Shown in pieces: positions 34,757 through 44,721 of a stretch of 64,000 bases of DNA. Numbering within the stretch: the stretch's first letter is position 1; each line of letters starts with the position of its first letter. The notes beneath the pieces were generated by a model that searched no databases, had not been told where the DNA came from, and worked only from the letters and a program-made list of their open reading frames with translations. Origin of the DNA: Gammaproteobacteria bacterium (lineage in GTDB: Bacteria > Pseudomonadota > Gammaproteobacteria > Pseudomonadales > IMCC2047). The DNA is taken from positions 8,579 through 72,578 of the forward strand of contig JAJFKB010000015.1 of the NCBI GenBank assembly GCA_021773395.1, in the 5' to 3' direction. A program made the translations under genes and the position numbers.

Positions 34757-35161
34757 CTAGGGGAGTTGGATATTTCCACCAGGGCCACCCATTCCACCTG
34801 TACCAGGCAAAACAATGGAGGAGGCTTGCTCACGGCGCATCTCCTCCAGTTCTTTCATAGTCTGTTCAATACCCAATTTGGCGGCTTCACCAAATTGCTG
34901 AGCCGCATCTCCGATACTAGTGGCATCGATGTCAAAGCTGATCGGTAATGCGCCGGCAGGCGTCATGATTTGCGTTTGTCCCGAATAGATTACCTCTCGC
35001 TGACTGTCGTCCGAGCCGTCTGCAGTGACGGGAATCATCACTCTAATAGTGCCAATTTTACGGTCGGTGTAGACCTCTTCCCGATAGAGTTCATCGGTGG
35101 CCATTTCTATATCAGGCAGTCCTGAATTGCTATCATGTGACATAAAAACCTCAGTGCTCAA
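34757..35161 (-). CDS. Conserved hypothetical cytoplasmic protein
   Basis: LYREEVYTDRKIGTI..TPAGALP..ASSIVLPG. Confidence 0.75.
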   Translation of the reverse strand: MSTEVFMSHDSNSGLPDIEMATDELYREEVYTDRKIGTIRVMIPVTADGSDDSQREVIYSGQTQIMTPAGALPISFDIDATSIGDAAQQFGEAAKLGIEQTMKELEEMRREQASSIVLPGTGGMGGPGGNIQLP

Positions 35162-35211
35162 TATTCAATTTCTGGCAACACTACCTAAAAAAAGCAGTGA
35201 TGACAATGGTG

Positions 35212-36999
35212 TTACCTTTTCGCGGAACCCTCGGTCTTACGCTTTTTTGCCGGTGATTTCCTGATTGCTTTTGCGGGTGCGGGTTTGCCGCCTTCCTGCA
35301 CTCGACTCATTTCCAGCTTTTTATTACGGACCCAGACTTTCCTTAGGTGTTTAAGAACCTCCTTAGGCATGCCTGTAGGCAGTTCTATGGTGCTATAATT
35401 CTCTTTGATCTCAATACGTCCAAAATACTGACTGTCTATTCCTGCCTCATTGGCAATTGCACCTACGATATCACCTGGTGTTACCTGATTGGTTTCACCC
35501 ACTTCCACGCGGAACGTCTCCAGTTCTGTTTCAGAGCTTTCCTGAGTGCGCTTGCGTGGTTTTCGGGAGCCTTCGGAATCGCGCCGGGGTTTCCCGTCAT
35601 CTTTCCTTGTTTCGTTTCTGGTATTGTCGGCTTTACGACTGGGTCGATCCTTTTTGCTGAATTTTTCATGTTCCTGAGGTTCAGCACGTAACGGACGATC
35701 CTGCTGCAGCAGATAAGCAAGGGTTGCCGCCAGTGATTCAGGTGATTCATCCAGTTCGTTGCACAGGTCGATAACCAATGAGTCGAAGAACCCCTTGGGC
35801 GTTACGGCACGGGCTTCTGATATACGTTGCTTGAATCGTTGCACGCGTTGTGTGGTGATGTCCTGGGAGGTTGGTAATTCCAGTCGAGCAATGCGCTGCC
35901 CGGTAGTTTTTTCAATGCTTCCGAGCAGTCGCTGTTCGCGGGGTGTGACGAATAAAATAGCGTTTCCGGTGCGTCCTGCGCGTCCAGTACGGCCAATCCG
36001 GTGAATATAGGCTTCGCTGTCATAGGGTATATCATAATTGACTACGTGACTGATGCGCTCGACATCGAGTCCCCGAGCTGCAACATCCGTAGCAACCAGG
36101 ATATCTATGGCGCCCTTTTTTAAATCCCGAATAGTCTTTTCGCGCTGACTTTGGCTCATGTCGCCATTGATCGCTGCGCAACTGTATCCTCTCGCGGAAA
36201 TTTTTTCCGCGAGTTCTGTGGTCGTTTCGCGGGTGCGTACAAAGATAATCGCAGCTTCAATCGCCTCGAATTCCAATAAGCGGGTCAGTGCATCCAGCTT
36301 TTGACGTTGGTTGACCATCCAGTAACGCTGATTAATCGTATCAACGGTCACTGCCTGGCCCTGAATATGTATATGTTCAGGATTTTTTAGAAATCGGTTT
36401 GCCACTTTTCGGATTGGGGCGGGCAGTGTTGCTGAAAAGAGTGCTGTTTGCTGAGTGCCAGAGGTATGAGAAAGGATAGTCTCGACATCATCGATAAAAC
36501 CCATACGCAGCATTTCGTCAGCTTCATCCAGTACCAGCATTTTCAAATCAGATAAATCGAGGCTTTTGCGACGCAGGTGATCCAGTAGTCGCCCAGGTGT
36601 TCCAACGACTACTTGCACGCCCCTGCTGAGCTGGCGCAGTTGCCCGCGCATGTCCTGTCCACCATACAAAGGGAGAACGTGGAAGCCTTTCATGTGGCGG
36701 GCGTAGGACTGCAAGGCTTCTGCAACCTGAATAGCCAGTTCTCTTGTCGGTGTTAGGACTAACGCTTGTGGTATATTTTTTTTGCTGTCGATTTTTGCCA
36801 GAATAGGTAGGGCAAAAGCTGCTGTTTTCCCTGTTCCAGTTTGTGCCTGACCGATAATATCGCCACCTTTCATCAAAGGTGGAATGCTCGCTGCCTGGAT
36901 TGGCGAAGGTGTTTCATAGCCTACGCTATGTAGTGCTTTCAGCAGAGTGTTAGGTAATCCCAGCTCTTCAAAGGAACAGGGGGCTTTTTCATCAATCAT
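35212..36999 (-). CDS. deaD: DEAD-box RNA helicase DeaD/CsdA
   Basis: AQTGTGKT, PTRELA, DEAD, SAT, HRIGRTGR, C-terminal DbpA-type RNA-binding domain (IVGAIANE). Confidence 0.95.
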   Translation of the reverse strand: MIDEKAPCSFEELGLPNTLLKALHSVGYETPSPIQAASIPPLMKGGDIIGQAQTGTGKTAAFALPILAKIDSKKNIPQALVLTPTRELAIQVAEALQSYARHMKGFHVLPLYGGQDMRGQLRQLSRGVQVVVGTPGRLLDHLRRKSLDLSDLKMLVLDEADEMLRMGFIDDVETILSHTSGTQQTALFSATLPAPIRKVANRFLKNPEHIHIQGQAVTVDTINQRYWMVNQRQKLDALTRLLEFEAIEAAIIFVRTRETTTELAEKISARGYSCAAINGDMSQSQREKTIRDLKKGAIDILVATDVAARGLDVERISHVVNYDIPYDSEAYIHRIGRTGRAGRTGNAILFVTPREQRLLGSIEKTTGQRIARLELPTSQDITTQRVQRFKQRISEARAVTPKGFFDSLVIDLCNELDESPESLAATLAYLLQQDRPLRAEPQEHEKFSKKDRPSRKADNTRNETRKDDGKPRRDSEGSRKPRKRTQESSETELETFRVEVGETNQVTPGDIVGAIANEAGIDSQYFGRIEIKENYSTIELPTGMPKEVLKHLRKVWVRNKKLEMSRVQEGGKPAPAKAIRKSPAKKRKTEGSAKR

Positions 37000-37474
37000 T
37001 GGATGCGCCTGGTTGGCGCTACGAAGCTGGTCGGTACAGGCAAGTAGCGGAGTTACAAAAAAGGGATGCTATTCTACCCTAAAAATAAGGGTTGCGCAGC
37101 GATTTATTTTAGCCCTATTAAGCGGGGGAGCGAGGGTAGGGCATAACTGGATCACGCGCTATAAAATGGACTATTTAACGATCTATTTCACTAATAGTGT
37201 TTGCAGTTCCAGGCAGTAATTGAAATCATTTACCCGGTTTGGTGTTGCACAATCCCAGGTTAAAGCGGTAGCACCATTGGTGGGGTTAATCACTCTTAAG
37301 CGAGGAGAGCCATGCGTTCAGCAGGCATCCTATAATCGTTCCTTAGTTTAATATTTAACGCAAACGACAAACATTCGCTTTAAATAAATCAACAATATTC
37401 TCTCGCAATCTGGATTTGGCTATGTTTAGTTTGAACTTAACGATCCCGGAGTAGCGGTTAGCTGATTTTATATC

Positions 37475-38545
37475 ATGCATCAAAGGAAAATTATTCATTG
37501 TGACTGTGATTGTTTCTATGCAGCGGTAGAAATGCGTGACGATCCCTCGCTGAAGACACTAGCCGTTGCGGTGGGTGGTTCTCCGGATAAGCGAGGCGTG
37601 ATTGCAACTTGTAATTATCAGGCTAGAGAGCAGGGAGTGCGATCTGCAATGCCTTCAGCCTATGCCCGACGCATCTGCCCCGGATTGGTTATTCTGCCTC
37701 CGGATTTTGAAAAGTATCGATTGGCATCGCGAATGGTCAAGGAGATTTTTTTCAGGTTTACTGATCTGGTAGAACCTTTATCGCTGGACGAAGCTTATCT
37801 GGATGTTTCGGATTCAGATAAATGCCAGGGCAGTGCGACCTTGATGGCGCGAGATATCAGGGCCATGGTAAAGCGGGAAGTGGGCATATCCCTTTCTACA
37901 GGGATTGCGCCGAATAAATTTCTCGCTAAGGTCGCCAGTGACTGGAATAAACCGGATGGTGAGATGGTTATTCTACCAGATCAGGTTGAAGAATTTGTGC
38001 GTGATCTGCCGGTTGCCAAAATTTTTGGCGTTGGGAAAGTGACTGCTCAGAAGCTCCAGGTTCAGGGCGTTGAGCGTTGCATTGATTTGCAGGCCCTCTC
38101 CGCCTTTGAGTTGACCAGAAAATTTGGTCGTTTTGGCGCGAGTCTATATGAGTTGTGCCGTGGTATAGATCAGCGCGAAGTAAAGCCAAGCCAACGCCGC
38201 AAATCATTGAGTGTAGAGACGACCTATTCCGATGATTTACCCGATTTGGATACCTGTCTGAAGCAGCTTTCTGAGCTGTTGATTAAGTTAAGGTCGCGGC
38301 TGCGTCGCGTGGATGATCAGTATCTGATTACCAAACTCTACGTCAAAATAAAGTTTAATGATTTCCAGGCGACCACGGTTGAATGCCTGGGAGCCAGGGT
38401 AGAGAAGTCTGAGTACCAGGATTTGATAACAACGGCTTTTGCCAGAGGTAATAAGCCGGTGCGATTGCTTGGAGTAGGCGTGCGTTTTATCGACCTGTCA
38501 GAAAGAATGCATGTAGAGCAACTGGAGTTATTTGATAGAAAATAG
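37475..38545 (+). CDS. dinB: DNA polymerase IV
   Basis: IHCDCDCFYAAVE, YQAR..GVRSAMP, SLDEAYLD, KPDG. Confidence 0.97.
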   Translation: MHQRKIIHCDCDCFYAAVEMRDDPSLKTLAVAVGGSPDKRGVIATCNYQAREQGVRSAMPSAYARRICPGLVILPPDFEKYRLASRMVKEIFFRFTDLVEPLSLDEAYLDVSDSDKCQGSATLMARDIRAMVKREVGISLSTGIAPNKFLAKVASDWNKPDGEMVILPDQVEEFVRDLPVAKIFGVGKVTAQKLQVQGVERCIDLQALSAFELTRKFGRFGASLYELCRGIDQREVKPSQRRKSLSVETTYSDDLPDLDTCLKQLSELLIKLRSRLRRVDDQYLITKLYVKIKFNDFQATTVECLGARVEKSEYQDLITTAFARGNKPVRLLGVGVRFIDLSERMHVEQLELFDRK

Positions 38546-38558
38546 CGTGATTGTGGTT

Positions 38559-38736
38559 AGGGAACCTCTGAATAATTCCCTGATCCCTCTGTAAGTCCCG
38601 CAGGGTGAGTTCTGAAAGCTTCATCTGCGGCGTTAGAAACTTAGCTAAGGCAATGAGCATTAGCGGCAGTTCCTGCCTTGCAGCTATAGCTTTCAGGTTT
38701 TCGCAGAGGCATTAAGGAATTATTCAGAGGTTTCCT
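38559..38736. repeat. 178-bp palindromic intergenic element (MITE/REP-like) with 33-bp imperfect terminal inverted repeats
   Basis: AGGGAACCTCTGAATAATTCCCTGATCCCTCTG matches the reverse complement of 38704-38736 at 29/33; nested inner IR CTGAAAGCT/AGCTTTCAG. Confidence 0.8.
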
Positions 38737-38841
38737 GGATCAGGTGCAAGCGAGTGCTTGTATTCGCCTAAAGCATTGGTAGAATCACATTACTGAACTG
38801 GTTGCATAGTCGTATCTGTGCCGGTGCATTGATAGCCAAGA

Positions 38842-40995
38842 GTGGCAGAGTGTGACGATACAATAAAAATAATGGTTCCAAACATGGTCGAGTGGATTCA
38901 GCGTTGGCGTTACCGTATAGAAAAGGGTAGTCCGCACCTTATTCTGCTGGTAGGACTGTTACTTTTTATTATCTTTGTCTCTGTAGTGGGTGGCTTCCTG
39001 GTGCATATTTCCGGCGTCGGGGGGGCTTTGCCGGAATCTATGTGGTGGGTGTTTCTGCGTATCAGTGATCCTGGCTATCTGGGAGATGATAGCACCGTCA
39101 CCAGTGCATTTTTTGGTACTGTCTTTACCGTGATTGGAATGGTGGTCTTTATGGCCGGGCTGGTGGGAATATTGACCAGTTTAATCATGAGTAGCCTTAA
39201 AAAACTGCATGAAGGACGCTCAGCAGTAGTGTTTCGCAATCATGTGGTCGTTATTGGCTGGAATAATGAAATTTTCACCCTGATCAGTGAATTACTGACG
39301 GCTTGGGACGATACGGGTATTGCTATGCTGGCAGCCGAGCCCAAAGAAGTCGCTGAAGATGAGATTGAGCGGCGCGTCTATTCGCAGATCGGTCGAGCAC
39401 ATGACCGAAAGTTCAAGAACAACCTTAAAACTCGAGTGGTCTATCGCAATGGCAGTTCTCTGGCGTTAAGAGATCTGGAGCGCGTCGGTGTACATAAGGC
39501 TCGTTATGTGATTATTCTCGCGGGAGAGCAGGAACGGGGGACGACCACTGATGTGCAGCAAATTCGAATTCTGCATGCCATCAATCAGCTGCGCAGTCAT
39601 CATGATAACGTTGGAGATTTTACCGTCATTGCTGAGTTGACCATGCAGCGACTGCGGGCACATGCCTTTTATGCTTTGAATATGAATCCGCTGGCTGATA
39701 CCTGGGTGCGTTTAGGCGAGCAACAAAAATTAGCACGAGGCGAGGAGAGTTTTTTACCACGCACAACACAGCAGCCCAATGATCAGGATATAACCGTGAT
39801 CAATGGTGATCAGATTGTAAGTAGAGCTATAGTGCAGTGCGCCATTCAGCCTTGCTTGAGCAAAGTTTATAACGAGTTGCTTTCTTTTACAGGTAAGGAG
39901 CTCTTTTTATGGCGCCCCAATGACGACTGGCAGCCGGTTTTTAAACAGGCGGCGACACTACCACCGGAACAGGTACCCTTGTTCCTTAATGCTCACCTGG
40001 ACAAGGGTATGATTGTCGGTATTCGTGACTCGGGTGCAGATTTCGGTGAGCTGTTTTTTAGGCCAAATGACTGGGTGGAAAATCTGCAGGGAAACGATCT
40101 GATTGTATTGGCTGACAAACAGGAATGGCAGAATCCCAGTCCCCAGCTAAGGAAGGAAATTAACATTGAACCGCGAGCTACGAACGGGGTTGCAGATTAC
40201 ATTGCGGAGTCATCGCAACCCTCAGAGCACGGTATTCTGATACTGGGATTTAACCGCAGATTAGGCGTGGTGTTAGAGCAACTTTCAGAATATTGTGAGC
40301 AGTATCCGGATACGCAGATGCGGTTGACTATGGTCGCGCCGCAGATCCCTGATGAATTTTATAAATTGGCTGAACAGTGGCCGGTAGTTGCCGATGCTCA
40401 GGAAAAGGGCAGGCTGATCAGTGCAGATTTTACGGACTGGAACGTGTTGGGGCCGGTGATTCGAAACTCCCCTCGCCGTAAGTCTATTATTCTGCTAACG
40501 GATGACTGTGCTCTGTCACTTTCGGACGGTTCGGTTGATGCCAGGGTGACACTGGCATTAGTAATGCTGAGAGCCTATCGCGGAGATGCAGCCTGGCAGA
40601 AGCATTTTGATGAATCGAATATTGTCGCGGAAATTCTGGATCCACAAAATAAGTCGGTTATAGAGCGTGAGCAGCTGGCTAACGATATCATCGTGGGCAA
40701 CGAATATGTGAGTCGATTTATAGCTCAGGTGACCAGTGATTTTCGTTTGGAAGAGCTGTTCCGCGAGCTGCTCGATTACGGCGACTATGAGCTATATGTA
40801 AAGCCGATCGAAAACTATCAAGTAAGTAAAAATGATCAATTCAGCGAAGTGACGAAACAGGCGGCAGCACAGGGAGAAATAGCGATCGGCTATCTGTTTT
40901 CCGAGCCGCAGGCAGGTGTTAAGATGGCATTGGCTCCCGATCTGATGCAACAGATGGATAACGCGGAACGTATCATCGTGATTGCAGAGAGCTAG
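38842..40995 (+). CDS. CASTOR/POLLUX (DMI1)-related cation channel with tandem RCK domains
   Basis: TM-pore-TM with WWVFLRISDPGYLGDD; RCK1 HVVVIGWN; QCAIQPCLSKVYNELLSF.G.E; RCK2 ILILGFN..IVAEILD. Confidence 0.82.
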   Translation: MAECDDTIKIMVPNMVEWIQRWRYRIEKGSPHLILLVGLLLFIIFVSVVGGFLVHISGVGGALPESMWWVFLRISDPGYLGDDSTVTSAFFGTVFTVIGMVVFMAGLVGILTSLIMSSLKKLHEGRSAVVFRNHVVVIGWNNEIFTLISELLTAWDDTGIAMLAAEPKEVAEDEIERRVYSQIGRAHDRKFKNNLKTRVVYRNGSSLALRDLERVGVHKARYVIILAGEQERGTTTDVQQIRILHAINQLRSHHDNVGDFTVIAELTMQRLRAHAFYALNMNPLADTWVRLGEQQKLARGEESFLPRTTQQPNDQDITVINGDQIVSRAIVQCAIQPCLSKVYNELLSFTGKELFLWRPNDDWQPVFKQAATLPPEQVPLFLNAHLDKGMIVGIRDSGADFGELFFRPNDWVENLQGNDLIVLADKQEWQNPSPQLRKEINIEPRATNGVADYIAESSQPSEHGILILGFNRRLGVVLEQLSEYCEQYPDTQMRLTMVAPQIPDEFYKLAEQWPVVADAQEKGRLISADFTDWNVLGPVIRNSPRRKSIILLTDDCALSLSDGSVDARVTLALVMLRAYRGDAAWQKHFDESNIVAEILDPQNKSVIEREQLANDIIVGNEYVSRFIAQVTSDFRLEELFRELLDYGDYELYVKPIENYQVSKNDQFSEVTKQAAAQGEIAIGYLFSEPQAGVKMALAPDLMQQMDNAERIIVIAES

Positions 40996-41026
40996 CGGAT
41001 AAAATTCCCCCCATGAGCGCTTTAGT

Positions 41027-41770
41027 ATGATTGCAAACAGGACTTTCAAGCAACGGCTTAAATGCCTGGTGGAGCGGGATGATACACCAGCAGGGCGGCG
41101 CTTTGAGTTCTTTATTATGGGGCTTATCTTTTGCTCACTGGTGGCCTTTTCAATTGAAACATTACCCAACCTGTCTGGGCTCGGTCTTGAGCTACTTAAC
41201 TATTTTGAAATTATTGTAATCGCGGTATTTACGCTGGAGTATCTGGCAAGAATTTATGTCGCTGACCGACGCTTGAAGTTCATCTTCAGTTTCTTTGGGA
41301 TGATTGATTTATTGGCAATTATTCCCTTTTATTTGACTTTGGGAATGGACTTGAGGTCGGTTCGAACCTTACGCCTCTTCCGACTGGTGTTACTGGTTAA
41401 ACTGGTCCGCTATTCGGAATCTCTGGAGCGCTTTCGTCGTGCCTTTGTTATTGCCAAGGAAGATTTGGCATTGTTTTTCGCCGGTGCAATCGTGCTTCTA
41501 TATCTGTCAGCGATAGGCATCTATCTATTTGAAAATAACGCACAACCGGAGGTGTTTTCCTCAGTGTTCCATAGCCTTTGGTGGGCTTTGTCGACACTAA
41601 CTACAGTGGGGTATGGCGATGTTTATCCCATCACTGTGGGCGGGAAAATATTTACTTTTTTTGTGCTTATGCTGGGGCTGGGTATTGTTGCCGTGCCAAC
41701 GGGTTTAATTTCCTCCGCTCTGGTTAAAGCCAGACAGGAAGACAGAGAACGGCAGGCTGAAACTGATTGA
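41027..41770 (+). CDS. 6-TM voltage-gated potassium channel (KvAP-like)
   Basis: IDLLAI, S4 LRSVRTLRLFRLV, WWALSTLTTVGYGD filter. Confidence 0.93.
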   Translation: MIANRTFKQRLKCLVERDDTPAGRRFEFFIMGLIFCSLVAFSIETLPNLSGLGLELLNYFEIIVIAVFTLEYLARIYVADRRLKFIFSFFGMIDLLAIIPFYLTLGMDLRSVRTLRLFRLVLLVKLVRYSESLERFRRAFVIAKEDLALFFAGAIVLLYLSAIGIYLFENNAQPEVFSSVFHSLWWALSTLTTVGYGDVYPITVGGKIFTFFVLMLGLGIVAVPTGLISSALVKARQEDRERQAETD

Positions 41771-41809
41771 TAGTATCAGTCATAACTCTTTTTAAGCAAG
41801 GGGTGAAAA

Positions 41810-42397
41810 TTGGATAACGAACAGGATACAAACAGAGTAAATGAACCCTTTGCCTCGGTTGAGCCACACGAAAGCATTGATGTGGTGCTGCAAACAATTC
41901 AGGAAAGTCAGGTGCAGTTCAGCACGATGGCCGATGAAAAGGCCAACATCATGATTACCGTCTGTTCTATTTTGCTAACGCTAGCGGTGGGCAAACTGGA
42001 GGAGAGGGTGCTGGTAATGCCGATCGTTGTATTCTGTGTTTTCGTCGCGCCGGCACTGATATTTGCTATTCTGACGGTGATCCCCTCATCCGGGAACTCT
42101 AAAGTTAAACCAAAAGATATCATTAAACGTCGTAGCGCCTTTAATCCTTTTTTCTTTATGCATTTCTCCTTGTTACCGATTGATATGTTTGAGGAGGAAT
42201 TTGAAAAAGCGATTGGCAGCACGAAGAATCTGTATCGTAATGTGGCTCGAGACATTTATAATCAGGGCGTGGTATTAAGAGTTAAGAAGTACCGCTATTT
42301 ACGTTGGAGTTATTTGGCACTGCTATGCGGTGTGATCTTGAGCTTGGCTGTTTTCCTGATTCAGCTGGTGCTTGGCCAGGTGGCCTGGGCGTCCTGA
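41810..42397 (+). CDS. Pycsar effector family (DUF5706/PycTM-like) membrane protein
   Basis: STMADEKANIMI, TM hairpin ending ILTVIP, NPFFFMHF, DIYNQG.VL..KKYRYLRWSY + TM; AAGGGG RBS before TTG. Confidence 0.82.
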   Translation: MDNEQDTNRVNEPFASVEPHESIDVVLQTIQESQVQFSTMADEKANIMITVCSILLTLAVGKLEERVLVMPIVVFCVFVAPALIFAILTVIPSSGNSKVKPKDIIKRRSAFNPFFFMHFSLLPIDMFEEEFEKAIGSTKNLYRNVARDIYNQGVVLRVKKYRYLRWSYLALLCGVILSLAVFLIQLVLGQVAWAS

Positions 42398-42506
42398 GTT
42401 TTGGGGAACAGGTAATTAATAAAACTAAATTAAGAACGGTTAGGGGAAGATGATGGAGCTATTTGCGAGTAAGGATTTACGTAATGTGATGCGAAGAGGT
42501 ATTAAT

Positions 42507-43055
42507 ATGCACAGACAGATAAAAGGGTGGATGGTGGGGATGCTTGCTTGTTCGCTGCTCGCCGTCGGTGCCTGCTCGACACTACCAACCGCAGATGGTG
42601 ATGCACCTCAGAGTAAAGGGGCCTCAAAGTCATCGGGCAGTCCGAAAGCCATGGTTAGGGACGGGTTTGATGCGTATGGCAATCGTAAATATGAAGAGGC
42701 AATAACACTTTTTAAAAACACACAAAAGAATGCCAGCAAAGGCTCCAGCGCTTATGATAAAGCATTGGTTGGCGAAATTCTGATTCGCTTAAGTGCCGAC
42801 AGAAGATGGCGGAATTTGGATCGTGCGGAGCAGATTTTAGCGGAATTAAGGTCAGGCAGTTCAAAAAGAGCGAGCGGAGCTGATGAGAGCCAACTTTTAA
42901 TGAACGCCCTTAATAATCTGGTAATTGCGGAAAAAGATAATGCTGAGTTGCGCAGGAAATTAGACGCTTCCTACGCTCAGTTATCCAGGTTGGAGAAGGA
43001 AAAGGTAAATCTCAACAATGCATTGAATAAACTACGCAGTTTAACGCTCGACTAG
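42507..43055 (+). CDS. Lipoprotein with TPR-like helices and C-terminal coiled coil
   Basis: AVGAC lipobox, Ser-rich linker, heptad C-terminus; start ATG 42507 after AGAGGT. Confidence 0.72.
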   Translation: MHRQIKGWMVGMLACSLLAVGACSTLPTADGDAPQSKGASKSSGSPKAMVRDGFDAYGNRKYEEAITLFKNTQKNASKGSSAYDKALVGEILIRLSADRRWRNLDRAEQILAELRSGSSKRASGADESQLLMNALNNLVIAEKDNAELRRKLDASYAQLSRLEKEKVNLNNALNKLRSLTLD

Positions 43056-43363
43056 CACAGAAACATAGCAGGAGCCATTTTTATCGGGGTGAATTCGAAC
43101 ATATTTTGGTTTGAAAAAGACTCGTTTGACAGTCAGCCTTGGTCTATTTAATGCCTGGAACACCCGGAAGAAGCCAGATGTTGGTTTCTTCCAGGGAGGC
43201 AATTATGTTTCGATGTTACCAACCCTGCCTGATTACTCTGGAAGTTTGAGGCGTCAACAAAGTTAACTGGATAGAAAAAAGAGGATAATATTTACACTTA
43301 AAACAATGGGAAAGATCATATGGCCAGGTTTTTTTGAGCGGTAGTCCGGGTTCTTTTTACGGA

Positions 43364-44635
43364 TCATTTAGAAAAGCTTGCGATATCTTTTACAATCGCG
43401 AAGTCCTCTTCCAGAATCATCGCTTTCTCAGAACGCTTTAATGCCAGTCTGGAGTGATATTTTGCCGCGTTGCTTAATGCTTTATCGTCAATTAGAGCCA
43501 GCGAACGCAAGGCCTTCTGTAAGCGCACCGATACTTCAATCGAGTCAGCGCCATCGCGTGCAATCGCTGTAAACGCATCATCGAACATATCTCGCACAGA
43601 AATCTCCGGTATCTCAACCCGATCATACTCAGGTGTTGTAGAGTCCTCCCTGTTGCTTGGTGCACTCCACATAACAAACAATCGGACGAGTGTTCCGATC
43701 ACATTAATTGCTGTACCTTGATCATTTACTGCTGGTGATAAAGCGCGACTTGCAATTTCAGACAAAACAACCAGGCCGAACCTGGGGTCTTCGTCAAAAA
43801 GACGATCGTGTCCGATTATGAACGATTGAACTATCCTTTCACACTCCGTTGTGGTTTGTTGATGGGGTTGACCGATTAAATACGCTAGCGGCCGCCCCGG
43901 TGTAACAAAAGTTCCTGGTAATGCAGAGATCATCAGCTTTGCTTGAACTTTTTCGACACATGCCTGAAGCCCCCCAATGTCGATATTTTGCACATAACCT
44001 ATGACCTCTGAAAATATTGGTATTCCATCTGATGTCTGGGAGCTTACAGGAATGCTGTGCACCGACAGAGTATCTCTTTTTCGTTTTAATGCTTCTTCAG
44101 TAGCGTGTTCAACTTTCTTTATGGTTTCTCCGAGACGCCCCAGGCGTGCAATGCTATCTACCCATCGTACGAAAGTAAGTATTACCAGGGCAAAAACAAT
44201 GATGGTAAGAATGAATATAGTAAAGTGCCCGGCCACCTCAAAATAATTATTATTTACTGCCGTTAGAGCGACAATGCTAAAAATGAAAGCGCCAATAAAA
44301 GTCGAAAGTGCATTCTGCGATACATCATCGGCAACGACTAATGGAAATGAACGTGGTGTTGCTGAATTACTGGTAGAGGCGTAGGCCGAGACCATGGAGG
44401 TGACCGCAAGTGTAGCAATGACCAGCATGCTGGAGGCCATAACTGAAAGTAGACTTTCTACTGATTCAACGGTGATGGTGGGCAGAATCTGTGCTACCTG
44501 TGTGCTATCTGCGATCCCGGCAGCCAGGACTGTGCTGACCGACATTATACAAACGACTAATGGTCTCACCCAAAGGCGTTCCCGTAGCCTTTTAATAAAA
44601 AACCAAAACCGGTCAGCTGAGAGGAGTGGGTGCAT
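43364..44635 (-). CDS. DUF2254 family membrane protein
   Basis: SNSATPR, GYVQNID, PGTFV, EDPRFGLVVLSEIASRALSPAVND. Confidence 0.88.
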   Translation of the reverse strand: MHPLLSADRFWFFIKRLRERLWVRPLVVCIMSVSTVLAAGIADSTQVAQILPTITVESVESLLSVMASSMLVIATLAVTSMVSAYASTSNSATPRSFPLVVADDVSQNALSTFIGAFIFSIVALTAVNNNYFEVAGHFTIFILTIIVFALVILTFVRWVDSIARLGRLGETIKKVEHATEEALKRKRDTLSVHSIPVSSQTSDGIPIFSEVIGYVQNIDIGGLQACVEKVQAKLMISALPGTFVTPGRPLAYLIGQPHQQTTTECERIVQSFIIGHDRLFDEDPRFGLVVLSEIASRALSPAVNDQGTAINVIGTLVRLFVMWSAPSNREDSTTPEYDRVEIPEISVRDMFDDAFTAIARDGADSIEVSVRLQKALRSLALIDDKALSNAAKYHSRLALKRSEKAMILEEDFAIVKDIASFSK

Positions 44636-44721
44636 CTGTAACTCCTTATATAGAAGAAACCTCTAACTTAAATAAAGCTAGAGAAGCTTAGTTATTTTTT
44701 AATAACCTCATAATACCAAGG

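Noticed and set aside
37380-37474. LexA (SOS) box upstream of dinB
   Set aside because: No CTGT-N8-ACAG match seen
37000-37474. Structured deaD leader or small ORFs between deaD and dinB
   Set aside because: Only short hairpins (GCGCC-AACCA-GGCGC) and short ORFs without RBS or family motif; cannot be supported
43056-43363. Pseudogene remnant between the lipoprotein and DUF2254
   Set aside because: No recognisable protein motif in the frames read
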